Below are positions 35,757 through 45,945 of a DNA stretch of 64,000 nucleotides, piece after piece. The notes under the pieces are model-generated. The model made no database searches. It was not told the origin of the DNA and saw nothing but the letters and a program-made list of their open reading frames with translations. The position numbers were made by a program, and so were the translations under genes. The DNA lies in the NCBI RefSeq assembly GCF_049514155.1, contig NZ_JBEKVH010000012.1, positions 1,316 to 65,315 of the forward strand, read 5' to 3'. Positions within the stretch are counted from its first letter, which is position 1, and each line of letters starts with the position of its first letter. Source of the DNA: Roseiarcus sp. (lineage in GTDB: Bacteria > Pseudomonadota > Alphaproteobacteria > Rhizobiales > Beijerinckiaceae).

Positions 35757-37559
35757 ATGATCGAGACGCCGGGTCCCGAAGCCGACGAGATCGCCGCCCA
35801 CCAAGCGGCGGCGAGGCGCGCCGGGCTCATCGCGCGCCTCGGCGGACTTGCGCGCCGGCTGTTTTCGGCTCGTCTCGACAAGAGCGCCGGCCGCATCCGC
35901 TTCATCGCCCTGGCGATGGCGCTCGCCTATGTCGGCATTGGCGTGAAACTGGTCTCGCTCGGCGTCTCCCACGATCCGCCGCAGACCCTCAGGGTGGCGG
36001 CCGACCAGGCGGTCTCGGGCGCGCGGCCCGATCTTCTCGACCGCAACGGCGAGATCCTGGCGACCGACGTCAAGACGATGTCGGTCTTCGCCGAGCCGCG
36101 CCGCATCATCGACAAGGACGAGGCGGTCGAGCTGATCACCGCCGTCCTGCCCGACGTCGACGCTAAGGAACTGCGCGAGCGGCTCGGGTCGAAGAAGGGC
36201 TTCGTCTGGGTCAAGCGCCAGGTCACCGCCAAGGAGCAGGAGGAAATCTTTCATCTCGGCCTGCCCGGCGTCGGCTTCCTGCCGGAGAACAAGCGCGTCT
36301 ATCCCAATGGCCCGATCGGCGCCCATGTGATCGGCTTTGTCGACACCGACAACATCGGCATCGCCGGCATGGAGAAGTATCTCGACCAGCAGAGCCTCAC
36401 CGATCCGCACGTTCCGGGTTTCGTTCTCGATCCCGCGGCGCTGAAACCGGTCAAGCTGTCGCTCGACCTCAAGGCGACCCACGCCTTGCGCGACGAACTC
36501 GTCGCCGGCCTGGCGCGTTTCAAGGCCAAGGCGGCCGCCGGGGCGATCCTGGACGTCACCACAGGCGAAGTCATCGCATTGGAATCATTGCCGGATTTCG
36601 ATCCGAACGATCCCGCCGACTTCATCAAGGACCCAACGCGGATCAACCGCCTCAACGTCGGCGTCTACGAGATGGGTTCGACCTTCAAGGCGCTGTCGCT
36701 GGCGATGGCGCTCGACTCGGGCAAGGTCACGCTCAATTCGCGCATCGACGCGCGCGACAGCCTGCGCTACGGACACTTCACCATCCACGATTTTCACGCC
36801 ACCCATCGCGTTTTGACCGTGCCTGAAGTGTTCACCCATTCCTCCAACATCGGCGCCGCACGACTGGCGCTGATGGTGGGCGTTGAGGGTCACCAGGCGT
36901 TCCTGCGGAAGATGGGGCAGCTCGATCGGCTGCGCACCGAGTTGCCGGAGAGCGCCGAGCCGCTGGTGCCCAAGCACTGGGGCGAGCTCAACACGATGAC
37001 GATCGCCTTCGGTCAGGGGCTCAACGTCGCGCCGTTGCAGGCGATGATGGCGGTGGCGGCGCTGGTCAACGGCGGCGAAATGATGACGCCGACATTCCTG
37101 CCGCGTAGCGCAGCCGACGCGCGCGCCGCCAGCCGTCCCGTCATCAGCCCGCAAACCTCCGAGTCGATGCGCTATCTGATGCGGTCCAACGCCACGCACG
37201 GCTCGGCCGGCTTCGCCAACATTCCCGGCTATTACGTCGGCGGCAAGACCGGCACGGCCGACAAGATCGTCAACGGCCGCTATTCGCAGGACAAGGTCTT
37301 CACCACCTTCATGGCCATCGCGCCGTCCGACAAGCCGAAGTATCTTTACCTCGTGATGTACGACGAGCCGCAAGGCCTGCCGGAGGATGGCGGCTACCAC
37401 ACCGCCGCCCACAACGCTGGGCGCACCACCGGGAATCTGATCACGCGGATCGAGCCGCTCGAGGGCGTGCCGCCTGCCGACCATTTCCCCGACCAGCCGT
37501 TCCCGATCCTCGCGCGCCTGGGGCTGGGCGGGGACGCCGACCGGATAGGCAAAGAGTGA
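35757..37559 (+). CDS. ftsI: peptidoglycan D,D-transpeptidase FtsI (PBP3-type)
   Basis: 600 aa. STFK, SSN and KTGT penicillin-binding motifs are all present. dcw context. Confidence 0.9.
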   Translation: MIETPGPEADEIAAHQAAARRAGLIARLGGLARRLFSARLDKSAGRIRFIALAMALAYVGIGVKLVSLGVSHDPPQTLRVAADQAVSGARPDLLDRNGEILATDVKTMSVFAEPRRIIDKDEAVELITAVLPDVDAKELRERLGSKKGFVWVKRQVTAKEQEEIFHLGLPGVGFLPENKRVYPNGPIGAHVIGFVDTDNIGIAGMEKYLDQQSLTDPHVPGFVLDPAALKPVKLSLDLKATHALRDELVAGLARFKAKAAAGAILDVTTGEVIALESLPDFDPNDPADFIKDPTRINRLNVGVYEMGSTFKALSLAMALDSGKVTLNSRIDARDSLRYGHFTIHDFHATHRVLTVPEVFTHSSNIGAARLALMVGVEGHQAFLRKMGQLDRLRTELPESAEPLVPKHWGELNTMTIAFGQGLNVAPLQAMMAVAALVNGGEMMTPTFLPRSAADARAASRPVISPQTSESMRYLMRSNATHGSAGFANIPGYYVGGKTGTADKIVNGRYSQDKVFTTFMAIAPSDKPKYLYLVMYDEPQGLPEDGGYHTAAHNAGRTTGNLITRIEPLEGVPPADHFPDQPFPILARLGLGGDADRIGKE

Positions 37560-38995
37560 AGCGGCTTGACGAAATTCTCGACCTCGGCCCTAGCGAAGCG
37601 GCGGTGGCCGAGCGTCCGATCGGCGGGCTGACCGCCGACAGCCGCAAGGTGCGGCCCGGCGACGCCTTTTTCGCCCTCGCCGGGGCCAAACAGGACGGCC
37701 TCGCCTTTGTCGCCGACGCGCTCGCCAAGGGCGCAGCGATCATCGTCGGCGAGCGCGCGCCGGCAGGCGGCGCGCCCTTCGTCAAGGTCGCCGACGCGCG
37801 CGCGGCGCTCGCCAAGGCGGCGGCGCGCTTCTATCCGCGCCAGCCCGATTGCATCGTCGCCGTCACCGGCACCAGCGGCAAGACTTCGGTCGCCGCTTTC
37901 ACTCGGCAGATCTGGATGGCGGCCGGTCGCGAAGCCGCTTCGCTCGGCACGCTCGGCGTCGTCTCGCGCCCGCTCGAAGTCTACGGCTCGCTGACGACGC
38001 CCGATACGGTCGCGCTGCACCAGACGCTCGACAAACTTGCCGGCGTCGGCGTCACCCATCTCGCGCTTGAAGCCTCCTCGCACGGCCTCGATCAGAAGCG
38101 GCTCGACGGGGTGCGGCTCGCCGCCGGCGCCTTCACCAACCTGTCGCGCGACCACCTCGATTATCACGCGACGAAGGAAGCCTATCTCGACGCCAAGCTG
38201 CGCCTGTTTCGCGAGTTGCTCCCGAGTGGAACGCCGGCGGTGATCGACGCCGACAGCGATGTTGCGCCGCGCGCGATCGAAGCGGCGCGCGCGCGCGGTC
38301 TGTGGCTCTACGTGGTCGGGCGGCGCGGCGGCGCGTTGCGGCTGATCGACGCCGTGCGCGACGGATTCTCGTCGCGCATCGTCGTCGAGCACAGCGGGCG
38401 CGCGCATCCGCTGAGGCTGCCGCTGCCCGGCGACTTCCAGGTCTCCAACGCCTTGGTTGCAGCCGGCTTATGTCTGGCGACGGGAACCGATCCGGAGACG
38501 GTGTTCGCCGCGCTGGAGCGGCTCGAAGGCGCGCCGGGACGGCTCGAGCGGGTCGGCGACAAGGACGGCGCGCCGGTCTTCGTCGACTACGCCCACAAGC
38601 CCGACGCGCTGGAGAAGGCGCTTGCGGCGCTGAGGCCCTTCGTCTCAGGACGGCTCGCCGTCGTCTTCGGCTGCGGCGGCGAACGCGACATCGGCAAACG
38701 GCCGATGATGGGGGCGATCGCCACCCGTGCCGCCGATCTCGTCTATGTTACTGACGACAATCCACGTTCCGAGAATCCGCGGGCGATCCGCGCCGCCATT
38801 CTCGCCGCCGCGCCGCGGGCGCGCGAGTTCGCCGATCGCGGCGAGGCGATCCGCGCCGCGATCGAAGCGCTCAATCCCGGCGATGCGTTGTTGATTGCCG
38901 GGAAAGGCCACGAAACCGGCCAAATCGTCGGCGATCGGACCTTGCCGTTCTCGGACGCGGAAGCCGCGCGGGCGGCGCTCGAGGGGGCGGAATGA
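37556..38995 (+). CDS. murE: UDP-N-acetylmuramoyl-L-alanyl-D-glutamate--2,6-diaminopimelate ligase
   Basis: The GTG start overlaps the ftsI stop. GTSGKTS P-loop and the DDNPRSE (DNPR, meso-DAP specificity) motif. Confidence 0.9.
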   Translation: MKRLDEILDLGPSEAAVAERPIGGLTADSRKVRPGDAFFALAGAKQDGLAFVADALAKGAAIIVGERAPAGGAPFVKVADARAALAKAAARFYPRQPDCIVAVTGTSGKTSVAAFTRQIWMAAGREAASLGTLGVVSRPLEVYGSLTTPDTVALHQTLDKLAGVGVTHLALEASSHGLDQKRLDGVRLAAGAFTNLSRDHLDYHATKEAYLDAKLRLFRELLPSGTPAVIDADSDVAPRAIEAARARGLWLYVVGRRGGALRLIDAVRDGFSSRIVVEHSGRAHPLRLPLPGDFQVSNALVAAGLCLATGTDPETVFAALERLEGAPGRLERVGDKDGAPVFVDYAHKPDALEKALAALRPFVSGRLAVVFGCGGERDIGKRPMMGAIATRAADLVYVTDDNPRSENPRAIRAAILAAAPRAREFADRGEAIRAAIEALNPGDALLIAGKGHETGQIVGDRTLPFSDAEAARAALEGAE

Positions 38996-40407
38996 CCGCG
39001 CTGTGGACCGAGGCCGAACTGACGCGCGCGCTCGGGGCGCCGAGCGCGAAGCTCGCCGCGCCGGTCGGCGGCGTGTCGATCGACACCCGCACGCTTGCGC
39101 CCGGCGACCTGTTTTTCGCCATCAAGGGCGAAGCGAGCGACGGCCACGATTACCTCGCGCGCGCCTTCGAAGCGGGGGCCGCCGCAGCGGTCATCGCCAA
39201 GTCGCGCGGCGCAGGCCTCGCCGCGCACGAGCCGACCTTTGCCGTCGACGACACTTTGGCTGCTATGGAGCGGCTTGGGCGCGCCGCCCGGGCGCGCGCG
39301 AAGGCCCGCGTCGTCGCCGTCACCGGCTCGGTCGGCAAGACCAGCGCCAAGGAAATGCTGAGGGTCGCGCTCGGTCGCTTCGGACCGACCCATGCTTCCG
39401 CGGCCTCCTACAACAATCACTGGGGCGTGCCGCTGACGCTGTCGCGCCTGCCCGCCGGCGCCGTCTTCGCAGTGATCGAGATCGGCATGAACCACGCCGG
39501 CGAGATCACGCCGCTGGTCGCCATGGCGCGGCCGCATGTCGCGCTAGTGACGACGATCGCGCCGGTGCACATCGAGCATCTCGGCTCGCTCGAAGGAATC
39601 GCCAACGCCAAGGCCGAGATCTTCTCCGGGCTCGAGCCCGGCGGCGTCGCCGTGCTCAATCGCGACGCGCCGCAGTTCGAGCGGCTCGCCGCCGCGGCGC
39701 GGGCGCGGGCCGCGCGGGTCGCGACCTTCGGCGCCGACGCCGCCTGCGACGCGCAACTCGTGGAGGTCTCGGCGGTCGACGGCGGCTCGCGCGTCCGCGC
39801 GCGCGTCTTTGGGCGGGAACTCGATTTCGTCCTCGGCGCGCCGGGGCGGCACATGGCCGAGAACGCGCTCGGCGTGCTGCTCGCCTGCGACGCTCTGGGC
39901 GCCGACGGCGCCGGCGCGGCGGTGGCGCTCGCCGGATTCGCGCCGCAGCAGGGGCGCGGCGCGCGTCTCACGCTCACAAGCGCCAGCGGCCCGTTCACCG
40001 TCATCGACGAAAGCTACAACGCCAATCCCGCCTCGATGCGCGCCGCGCTGGCGCTGCTCGGCGCCGTCGAACCTGCCGCCGCCGGACGGCGCATCGCGGT
40101 GATCGGCGACATGCTCGAGCTTGGCCCAGACAGCGCGGATATGCACGCGGCGCTCGCCCCGGCGCTCGCACACAATCGCGTCGACCTGCTGTTCGGCGCC
40201 GGCCCGCTGACCCGTGCGCTCTATGACGCCGCGCCGGCGGCGATGCGCGCCGCCTGGGCTGAGCGGTCGAACGACATTCTTCCCCGACTCGTCGACGCTT
40301 TGCGCGGCGGCGACGTCGTCATGGTCAAGGGATCGAACGGCAGTCGCATGGGGCCGGTGGTGGCGGCCCTACGCGAACGATTCTCTTCCGCCGAAACGCG
40401 ACGTTAG
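38992..40407 (+). CDS. murF: UDP-N-acetylmuramoyl-tripeptide--D-alanyl-D-alanine ligase
   Basis: The ATG overlaps the murE stop. GSVGKTS P-loop, Mur ligase domains, dcw order. Confidence 0.9.
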   Translation: MTALWTEAELTRALGAPSAKLAAPVGGVSIDTRTLAPGDLFFAIKGEASDGHDYLARAFEAGAAAAVIAKSRGAGLAAHEPTFAVDDTLAAMERLGRAARARAKARVVAVTGSVGKTSAKEMLRVALGRFGPTHASAASYNNHWGVPLTLSRLPAGAVFAVIEIGMNHAGEITPLVAMARPHVALVTTIAPVHIEHLGSLEGIANAKAEIFSGLEPGGVAVLNRDAPQFERLAAAARARAARVATFGADAACDAQLVEVSAVDGGSRVRARVFGRELDFVLGAPGRHMAENALGVLLACDALGADGAGAAVALAGFAPQQGRGARLTLTSASGPFTVIDESYNANPASMRAALALLGAVEPAAAGRRIAVIGDMLELGPDSADMHAALAPALAHNRVDLLFGAGPLTRALYDAAPAAMRAAWAERSNDILPRLVDALRGGDVVMVKGSNGSRMGPVVAALRERFSSAETRR

Positions 40408-40416
40408 GAAATCTCG

Positions 40417-41499
40417 ATGCTGACCTGGCTGGCCGATCTTTCACACGTCGCGGGCGTCTTCAACCTCTTCCGCTATCTGACCTTCCGCACCCTCGGCGCG
40501 GCGACGACCGGGCTGCTGCTCGTCTTCTTCTTCGGGCCGATGATCATCTCGGCGTTGCGCTTGAGACAGGGCAGGGGCCAGCCGATCCGCGCCGACGGGC
40601 CGGCTTCGCACCTGCTGACCAAGAAGGGCACGCCGACGATGGGCGGCCTGATGATCCTGTTCGGCCTGTTCGCCTCGTCGCTGCTGTGGGCGAGCCTCGA
40701 AAGCCCCTATGTCTGGATCGTGCTGTTCGTCACCGCCGGCTTCGCGGCGATCGGCTTTTACGACGACTATCTCAAGGTGACCAAGCAGTCGCATCTCGGC
40801 TTCTCCGGGCGCGCGCGCCTGGCGGCGGAGTTCGCGATCGCCTTTGTCGCCTGCTACGGGTTGATGCGCGTCGGCGCGGTCGGCGCGACCTCGCTGGCGC
40901 TGCCGTTCTACAACGGCTACGTCGTCGACCTCGGCTGGGGCTTCCTGCTGTTCGGCCCGTTCGTCATCGTCGCCTTCGGCAACGCGGTCAACCTCACCGA
41001 CGGGCTCGACGGACTGGCGATCGTGCCGGTGATGATCGCCGCCGCGACGCTCGGGCTGATCGCCTATTTCGCCGGCAACGTGCTCTATTCGCGTTACCTG
41101 CTGCTCAATCACGTCCCCTACGCCGGCGACCTGATGGTGATATGCGGCGCGCTGATCGGCGCGGGCGTCGGCTTCCTGTGGTTCAACGCGCCGCCGGCCC
41201 AGATCTTCATGGGCGACACCGGCTCGCTCGCGCTCGGCGGCCTGCTCGGCGTGACCGCGGTGGCGATCAAGCACGAGTTCGTGCTGGCGATCATCGGCGG
41301 GCTGTTCGTCATCGAGGCGCTGTCGGTGGTGGTGCAGGTCGCGTCGTTCAAGCTCACCGGCAAACGCGTGTTCAAGATGGCGCCGATCCACCATCATTTC
41401 GAGCAGCTCGGCTGGTCAGAACCGCAGATCGTCATGCGTTTCTGGATCATCGCCTTCGTGCTGGCGATGATCGGCCTCGCGACGCTGAAGCTGAGGTGA
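40417..41499 (+). CDS. mraY: phospho-N-acetylmuramoyl-pentapeptide-transferase
   Basis: 360 aa polytopic protein. [19 protein letters not shown] and PIHHHFE motifs. Confidence 0.95.
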   Translation: MLTWLADLSHVAGVFNLFRYLTFRTLGAATTGLLLVFFFGPMIISALRLRQGRGQPIRADGPASHLLTKKGTPTMGGLMILFGLFASSLLWASLESPYVWIVLFVTAGFAAIGFYDDYLKVTKQSHLGFSGRARLAAEFAIAFVACYGLMRVGAVGATSLALPFYNGYVVDLGWGFLLFGPFVIVAFGNAVNLTDGLDGLAIVPVMIAAATLGLIAYFAGNVLYSRYLLLNHVPYAGDLMVICGALIGAGVGFLWFNAPPAQIFMGDTGSLALGGLLGVTAVAIKHEFVLAIIGGLFVIEALSVVVQVASFKLTGKRVFKMAPIHHHFEQLGWSEPQIVMRFWIIAFVLAMIGLATLKLR

Positions 41500-41501
41500 C
41501 G

Positions 41502-42845
41502 ATGACGCCGGTCGAAACCTTTCGCGGTCGACGCGTCGCGCTGTTCGGCCTCGGCGGCTCGGGCCTGTCGACGCTCAGCGCGCTCGTCGCCGGCGGCGCC
41601 GAGGTCGCGGCCTGGGACGACGACGCGAAGGCGCGCGAGCGCGCCGTCGCGGCGGGCTTCGCGCCGGTCGATCTCGCCGCCGCCGACTGGCGCGGATTCG
41701 CGGCGTTGGTTCTCGCGCCGGGCGTGCCCCTCACCCATCCCAAACCGCACTGGACAGTCGACAAGGCGACAAACGCCGGCGTCGCGGTCATCGGCGACAT
41801 AGAGCTCTACGCGCGTGAGCGCGCCGCCCGCGCGCCCGAGGCGCCGCTGGTCGCGATCACCGGCACCAACGGCAAGTCGACCACCACCGCCTTGATCGCC
41901 CACGTTCTTCGCGAAGCGGGGCGCGACGTCGCGATGGGCGGCAACATCGGCGTGCCGATCCTCGATCTGCCGCCGCCGGCGCTCTCGCGAGTCCACGTCG
42001 TCGAATGCTCGACGTTCCAGATCGATCTCGCGCCGTCGCTCAAGCCGACGGTCGGCGCGCTAATCAATCTGACGCCCGATCATCTCGACCGGCACGGAAC
42101 AATGGAAAATTACGCTGCGATCAAGGAGCGCCTGGTCGCGCGGTCCGACGTGGCGCTGGTCGGGGTCGACGACGACTATTGCCGCGCAGTCGCCGAGCGA
42201 CTGGGCGCGGCGGGGCGGCGCGTCGTGACGATCTCGGCCGTGCCGTCGCCGCTCGCCGACGTCTGGGTCGAGGATCGCCTCGTCGTTGCGCGCGGCGAGC
42301 CTGAACGCGTCGATCTCAGGCAGGCGCCGGCGCTGCGCGGGGTCCACAACGGCCAGAACGCCGCCTTCGCTTTCGCCGCGGCGCGCGCGCTGGGCGTGAG
42401 CGGAGCCGAGATCGCGCGGGCGATGGCGAGTTTCCCCGGCCTTGCCCACCGCATGGAGCAGGTCGGGCGGCTCGGCCGCGTGCTGTTCGTCAACGACTCC
42501 AAGGCGACCAACGCCGATGCGGCGGAAAAGGCGTTGTTGAGCTTCAACGATATCTTCTGGATCCTCGGCGGCAAGGCCAAGGCCGGCGGCGTCGAGCCGC
42601 TGCGGCCGCATTTTCCACGCGTCGCGAAGGCCTATCTGATCGGCGCCGCAAGCGACGAATTCGCGCGTACGCTCGAGGGCGCGGTCGCGTTCGAGCGCTG
42701 CGGGACGCTGGAGAACGCGGTCGCCGCCGCCGCGCGCGATGCGCTAGCGAGCGCCGCGGCCGAGCCGGTCGCCGATCGCTTCCGCGCACTGGTCGCCGCG
42801 CGCATCGCCGCCGCGTCTGAGACGGGACAAAGGAGCGGGAGATGA
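41502..42845 (+). CDS. murD: UDP-N-acetylmuramoylalanine--D-glutamate ligase, atypical C-terminus
   Basis: ATG at 41502. GTNGKSTT P-loop and dcw position. The C-terminal end reads ...[14 protein letters not shown] and lacks the usually invariant [12 protein letters not shown] segment (see findings). Confidence 0.8.
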   Translation: MTPVETFRGRRVALFGLGGSGLSTLSALVAGGAEVAAWDDDAKARERAVAAGFAPVDLAAADWRGFAALVLAPGVPLTHPKPHWTVDKATNAGVAVIGDIELYARERAARAPEAPLVAITGTNGKSTTTALIAHVLREAGRDVAMGGNIGVPILDLPPPALSRVHVVECSTFQIDLAPSLKPTVGALINLTPDHLDRHGTMENYAAIKERLVARSDVALVGVDDDYCRAVAERLGAAGRRVVTISAVPSPLADVWVEDRLVVARGEPERVDLRQAPALRGVHNGQNAAFAFAAARALGVSGAEIARAMASFPGLAHRMEQVGRLGRVLFVNDSKATNADAAEKALLSFNDIFWILGGKAKAGGVEPLRPHFPRVAKAYLIGAASDEFARTLEGAVAFERCGTLENAVAAAARDALASAAAEPVADRFRALVAARIAAASETGQRSGR

Positions 42846-43984
42846 TGTCGAGAGCCGAGCGCGGGCCCGTCGCCGACTGGTTTCGTACCGTCGATCCCTG
42901 GCTGCTGGGATCCTTCTTCGCCCTGATGGTGTTCGGCTTGGTGATGGCGCTCGCCGCCAGCCCGGCGGTCGCCGAGCGACTCAACCTGTCGACCTTCCAT
43001 TTCGTCAACCGTCAGGCGGAGCTGCTCGCGCCGTCGGCCGCGGTGATGATCGGCGTCTCGTTCCTGACGCCACGCGGCGTGCGCCGCACAGCCCTGATCG
43101 TCTTCGCCGTCAGCCTGGCGCTGGTCGTCCTGGCGCTGATGTTCGGGGTCGAGGTCAAAGGCTCGCGGCGGTGGATCGGCGGCGTGCAGCCGTCGGAATT
43201 CGTCAAGCCGGCTTTCGTCGTGCTGTGCGCCTGGGCCTTCGCCGAGGGCGGTCGGGTCGGAGCGCCGACGCTCGCCGGCAAGCTGTTCGCGCTGCTGCTG
43301 TTGCCAGTGACCATCGTCCCGCTGATCCTCGAACCCGACTTCGGCCAGACGATGCTGATCTCGGTGGTCTGGGCGGCGCTGTTCTTCATGGCCGGGCTGC
43401 ACTGGTTCTGGGTGTTTGGCTTGGGGGGCGCCGGCGTGGTCGGCGGCTTCGCCGCGTTCAAGCTGTCGCCGCACGTGCATGAACGCGTGTTGCGGTTCCT
43501 CGATCCCGACTCGGTCGGCGGGGTCGTCGACACCTTCCAGGTGGACACGGCGCTGCAGAGCATTCTCTCGGGCGGCTGGTTTGGCCGCGGGCCAGGGGAG
43601 GGCGTGTACAAGCGCATCCTGCCCGATGCGCACACCGACTTCGTCTTCGCGGTCACCGGAGAGGAATTCGGCATGATCGCCTGTCTGGCGCTGATCGCCT
43701 TCTTCTGCTTCATCGTCGTTCGCGGCCTGTGGCTGGCGCTGCGCAACGAGGATCCGTTCTGCCGCTTCGCCGCCGCCGGCCTGACGCTGATGTTCGGCGT
43801 GCAGAGCTGGATCAACATGGCGGTCAACCTGCGCGCGATTCCCGCCAAAGGCATGACGCTGCCGTTCATCTCCTACGGCGGCTCGTCGCTGGTCGCGCTC
43901 GGCCTCGGCATGGGCTTCCTCATCGCGCTCACGCGCAGGCGGCCGCTCGCGGTTCTCGGCGCCCGGACGGCGGAGGCGGCGTGA
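42842..43984 (+). CDS. ftsW: SEDS-family peptidoglycan glycosyltransferase FtsW
   Basis: 380 aa polytopic protein. QPSEFVKP and ISYGGSS motifs. Its start overlaps the murD stop. Confidence 0.9.
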   Translation: MMSRAERGPVADWFRTVDPWLLGSFFALMVFGLVMALAASPAVAERLNLSTFHFVNRQAELLAPSAAVMIGVSFLTPRGVRRTALIVFAVSLALVVLALMFGVEVKGSRRWIGGVQPSEFVKPAFVVLCAWAFAEGGRVGAPTLAGKLFALLLLPVTIVPLILEPDFGQTMLISVVWAALFFMAGLHWFWVFGLGGAGVVGGFAAFKLSPHVHERVLRFLDPDSVGGVVDTFQVDTALQSILSGGWFGRGPGEGVYKRILPDAHTDFVFAVTGEEFGMIACLALIAFFCFIVVRGLWLALRNEDPFCRFAAAGLTLMFGVQSWINMAVNLRAIPAKGMTLPFISYGGSSLVALGLGMGFLIALTRRRPLAVLGARTAEAA

Positions 43985-45081
43985 CCAGACCCCGGCCGAT
44001 CCTGCTCGCTGCGGGGGGCACCGGCGGCCATCTCTTCCCCGCCGTCGCGCTCGCCGCCGCGCTTCGCGAGCGCGGCGCCGCGGTCGAGCTCGTCACCGAC
44101 GCGCGCGCGCTCAAGTACGGCGGCGAAATTCCCGTCGACGCGATCCACAGCCTTCCCGCCGCGACCACCACCGGCGCGGGCGCGCTCAACAAGGCGCGCG
44201 CGACGCTCGTGCTCGGCCTCGGCCTTCTGGCGGCGCTGGCGTTGCTGCCGCGGCTGAAGCCACGCGCAGTCGTCGGCTTCGGCGGCTATCCGACAGTGCC
44301 GCCGCTGCTCGCCGCGTGGCTGCTGGGCGCGCCGAGCGTGCTGCACGAGCAGAACGCGGTCGTCGGCCGCGCCAATCGCTTTCTCGCCCCGCGCGTGTCG
44401 CGCATCGCGACTGGATTTCCCGAGATCAAGGGGCTTGCCGCCGCACTCGCCGCCAAGTCGCGCTACACCGGCAATCCGGTGCGCCCGGCGGCAATCGCCG
44501 CCGCTACGACGCCCTATCCCGGCTTCGACGACGGCTGCCTGCATCTCCTGGTCACCGGCGGCTCCCAAGGCGCGCGCGTGATGGCCGACGTCGTTCCGGC
44601 GGCGCTGGCGCTGCTCAGCGCCGAGGAGCGAGCGCGCATCCGTTTGACGATGCAGGCGCGCGGCGAGGACAACGGGCGCGTCGCCGACGCCTGCGCCGCG
44701 CTGCAGTTTCCGGTCGAGCTCGCCGAATTCTTCGCCGACCTGCCGGCGCGGATCGCCGGCGCGCATCTCGTCGTCGGCCGATCCGGCGCTTCGACCGTGT
44801 CGGAGCTCGCGGTCATCGGTCGGCCGTCGATCCTGGTGCCGTTCCCGCACGCGCTCGATCAGGATCAGGCCGCCAACGCCGCGATCCTCGCCGCCGCCGG
44901 CGCGGCGACCGTTCTGCCGCAGGCCGAGTTCACGCCGCAGCGGCTCGCCGACCTGCTGCGCGGCGCGCTCGCCGACCCGGCGGCGCTCGGCAAAGCCGCC
45001 GCCGCCGCCCAGTCCGTCGGCGTCGCCAACGCCGCCGACCGTCTCGCCGACGTCGTGCTCGAGATCGCCCGGCCGACCTGA
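43981..45081 (+). CDS. murG: undecaprenyldiphospho-muramoylpentapeptide beta-N-acetylglucosaminyltransferase
   Basis: The GTG overlaps the ftsW stop (GTGA). AAGGTGGHLFPA and GASTVSEL motifs. Confidence 0.9.
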   Translation: MTRPRPILLAAGGTGGHLFPAVALAAALRERGAAVELVTDARALKYGGEIPVDAIHSLPAATTTGAGALNKARATLVLGLGLLAALALLPRLKPRAVVGFGGYPTVPPLLAAWLLGAPSVLHEQNAVVGRANRFLAPRVSRIATGFPEIKGLAAALAAKSRYTGNPVRPAAIAAATTPYPGFDDGCLHLLVTGGSQGARVMADVVPAALALLSAEERARIRLTMQARGEDNGRVADACAALQFPVELAEFFADLPARIAGAHLVVGRSGASTVSELAVIGRPSILVPFPHALDQDQAANAAILAAAGAATVLPQAEFTPQRLADLLRGALADPAALGKAAAAAQSVGVANAADRLADVVLEIARPT

Positions 45082-45090
45082 GCGCAAGAC

Positions 45091-45945
45091 CTACGGATTG
45101 ACCGCTTCGACGATCCAGACCGCGGCCCCGAGCGGCAGCGTGTCGCCGCGGCGCAGCGGGGCCAGCGCGGCGCGGATCTCCGCCACGGCGGCGGCGCGCT
45201 CGTGGTCCGGCCGCCCTTCCATCGCTCGACTTGCCGCGCCAATCGACTGCGTCGTCGTCACCGCCGATTCGAAACCTAGGCCGGCGGCGATATCGATCTC
45301 GAGATCGAGTGCGGCGAGCTCGACTTTGACGAAGCCGGCGCGATCGAGGACGCGCCGCACGCGGGCCTCGTCGGCGAACGAGAAAGGGCCAGGGTCCTCA
45401 GGACCGCGTTCGGGCAGGCGCGGAACGCAGCGCAGCGCCGCTCTCAGAGGCGTCATCTGCCAGGCATTGAGCTTCGCCGCGCGCCAGCAGGTGAAGACGA
45501 CCCGTCCGCCGCGCCTGAGCGCGCCGCGCAGATTGGCGAAGGCGCCGGTAGGGTCGGCGAAGAACATCACGCCGAAGCGCGAGACGAGTGCGTCGAACGA
45601 CGCCGGCGCGAAAACGTGGGTGGCGGCGTCGGCGAGGATGAACGCGATTGGCGATTCGGGCGACGCGCGCCGGCGGGCCGCCTCCAGCATCGGTCCCGAG
45701 ACGTCGAGGCCGACCGCGCGCCCGCTCGGACCAACGCGGCGGGCGATCTCGATCGTCGTGCCGCCGCCGCCGCATCCGACGTCGAGGACCCGCTCGCCCG
45801 CGGCGAGCCGGGCGCGTTCGAACAGCGCCTCCGTGATCGGCGCGAATACGACGTCCTGCTTGGCGTCGAGGTCGAGCCAGCGCCGCGCGGCGGCGCCGTT
45901 CCAGAATGCGATCTGCTCGGAATTGTCCGCGGTGTCCGTCTTCAC
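45091..45945 (-). CDS. class I SAM-dependent methyltransferase
   Basis: 284 aa with motif I VLDVGCGGG. Its start overlaps the stop of the upstream MFS gene by 4 nt. Confidence 0.8.
   Translation of the reverse strand: MKTDTADNSEQIAFWNGAAARRWLDLDAKQDVVFAPITEALFERARLAAGERVLDVGCGGGGTTIEIARRVGPSGRAVGLDVSGPMLEAARRRASPESPIAFILADAATHVFAPASFDALVSRFGVMFFADPTGAFANLRGALRRGGRVVFTCWRAAKLNAWQMTPLRAALRCVPRLPERGPEDPGPFSFADEARVRRVLDRAGFVKVELAALDLEIDIAAGLGFESAVTTTQSIGAASRAMEGRPDHERAAAVAEIRAALAPLRRGDTLPLGAAVWIVEAVNP

Noticed and set aside
40686-41501. Upstream extension of the murD frame, giving a 719-aa ORF
   Set aside because: It overlaps mraY in another frame and is Arg-rich. murD starts at the ATG at 41502, right after the mraY stop.
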